Source: Fimbriosthenelais zetlandica (taxonomy: Eukaryota). From it: a DNA stretch of 64,000 nt. Under the pieces are notes generated by a model. That model was not told the DNA's origin. It did no database searches and saw nothing but the letters and a program-made list of their open reading frames with translations. How positions within the stretch are numbered: the first letter of the stretch is position 1; each line of letters starts with the position of its first letter. Positions 63,501 through 64,000 of this stretch are shown here, piece by piece. Location of the stretch: the NCBI GenBank assembly GCA_977030845.1, contig OZ365115.1, positions 18,042,001 to 18,106,000 of the forward strand, in the 5' to 3' direction. Both the position numbers and the translations under genes were made by a program.

Positions 63501-64000
63501 GGCAACTGCCAATGATACATGTATCTCTAATCATCTTTTGGAGAATGATCTGGTTAAAAGGAGATTGATATTCTTCACACACGGGATATCACAATTGGGA
63601 GCTGTCGAATATCTGCACAGAGACAGAAAGAGGGAGGCTAGAAAGAATCTTTGAATATACTATAGTGCTTAGAATTGTATAGGCCTAGTCTTGGTCTTCA
63701 ATTTGTGACACTCCACATAGAAAGACCAGGTTGGGATTTTTTCCACCTGGAGACAGATGGTAAGCCAGCAGTACAAAAATTCCTTACAGAACAAAAGACT
63801 CAGTTGATGCATGCTTTTACCAGCTTTGGGCTATTTATATAGTGTTGAAATGTTTCGGATAGAAAAGGTGTATTCTTCTGAAATAAGTGCTTCCAATCAG
63901 AGCCCGGTTTTGATGGTACTGTATACAGGACTTGTGATGTGTATATCAATTTACTAGATGAATGCTGGGGTATTGATTGAATGGCTATTGATGCGTTTCA

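Noticed and set aside
1-64000. CRISPR arrays, rRNA genes, intact tRNA genes, intact transposase or RT ORFs, and the many 60-145 aa ORFs in the track
   Set aside because: None seen. The short ORFs lack recognisable domains and match chance expectation, or overlap repeats.

Overview
Eukaryotic genomic DNA, AT-rich (roughly 40% GC by eye), most likely from a bilaterian invertebrate (inference from repeat types, CTCF/RFX-like motifs and patchy CpG depletion). Only one protein-coding gene is well supported: a secreted leucine-rich-repeat protein (55787-57040, +, 417 aa). It has a signal peptide, an LRRNT cap, about 13 LRRs and an LRRCT cap, with no TM or GPI tail. Its uninterrupted CDS begins 4 nt after a strong splice acceptor and is followed by two AATAAA signals. 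The rest is non-coding and full of small or decayed mobile elements: two copies of a tRNA-derived SINE plus a second tRNA-like head, three MITE families (TGTTGTACAAG-TIR x3, Harbinger-like x2, Tc1/mariner-like x1), an EnSpm-like end, and LINE relics. Several short CpG-rich islands carry CRE, E-box, ETS, YY1, CCAAT and CTCF-like motifs, and several stop-interrupted frames look like decayed spliced genes. I did not find a clearly novel biological system. The best leads are an orphan housekeeping-type promoter with a candidate first exon (16.7 kb), a divergent CTCF-motif cluster (9.9-10.1 kb), decayed multi-exon relics (24.9-26.5 kb and 35.6-37.5 kb), perfect hairpins/palindromes, and a signal-peptide-like exon upstream of the LRR gene. 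All motif and homology calls were made by eye; no searches were run.
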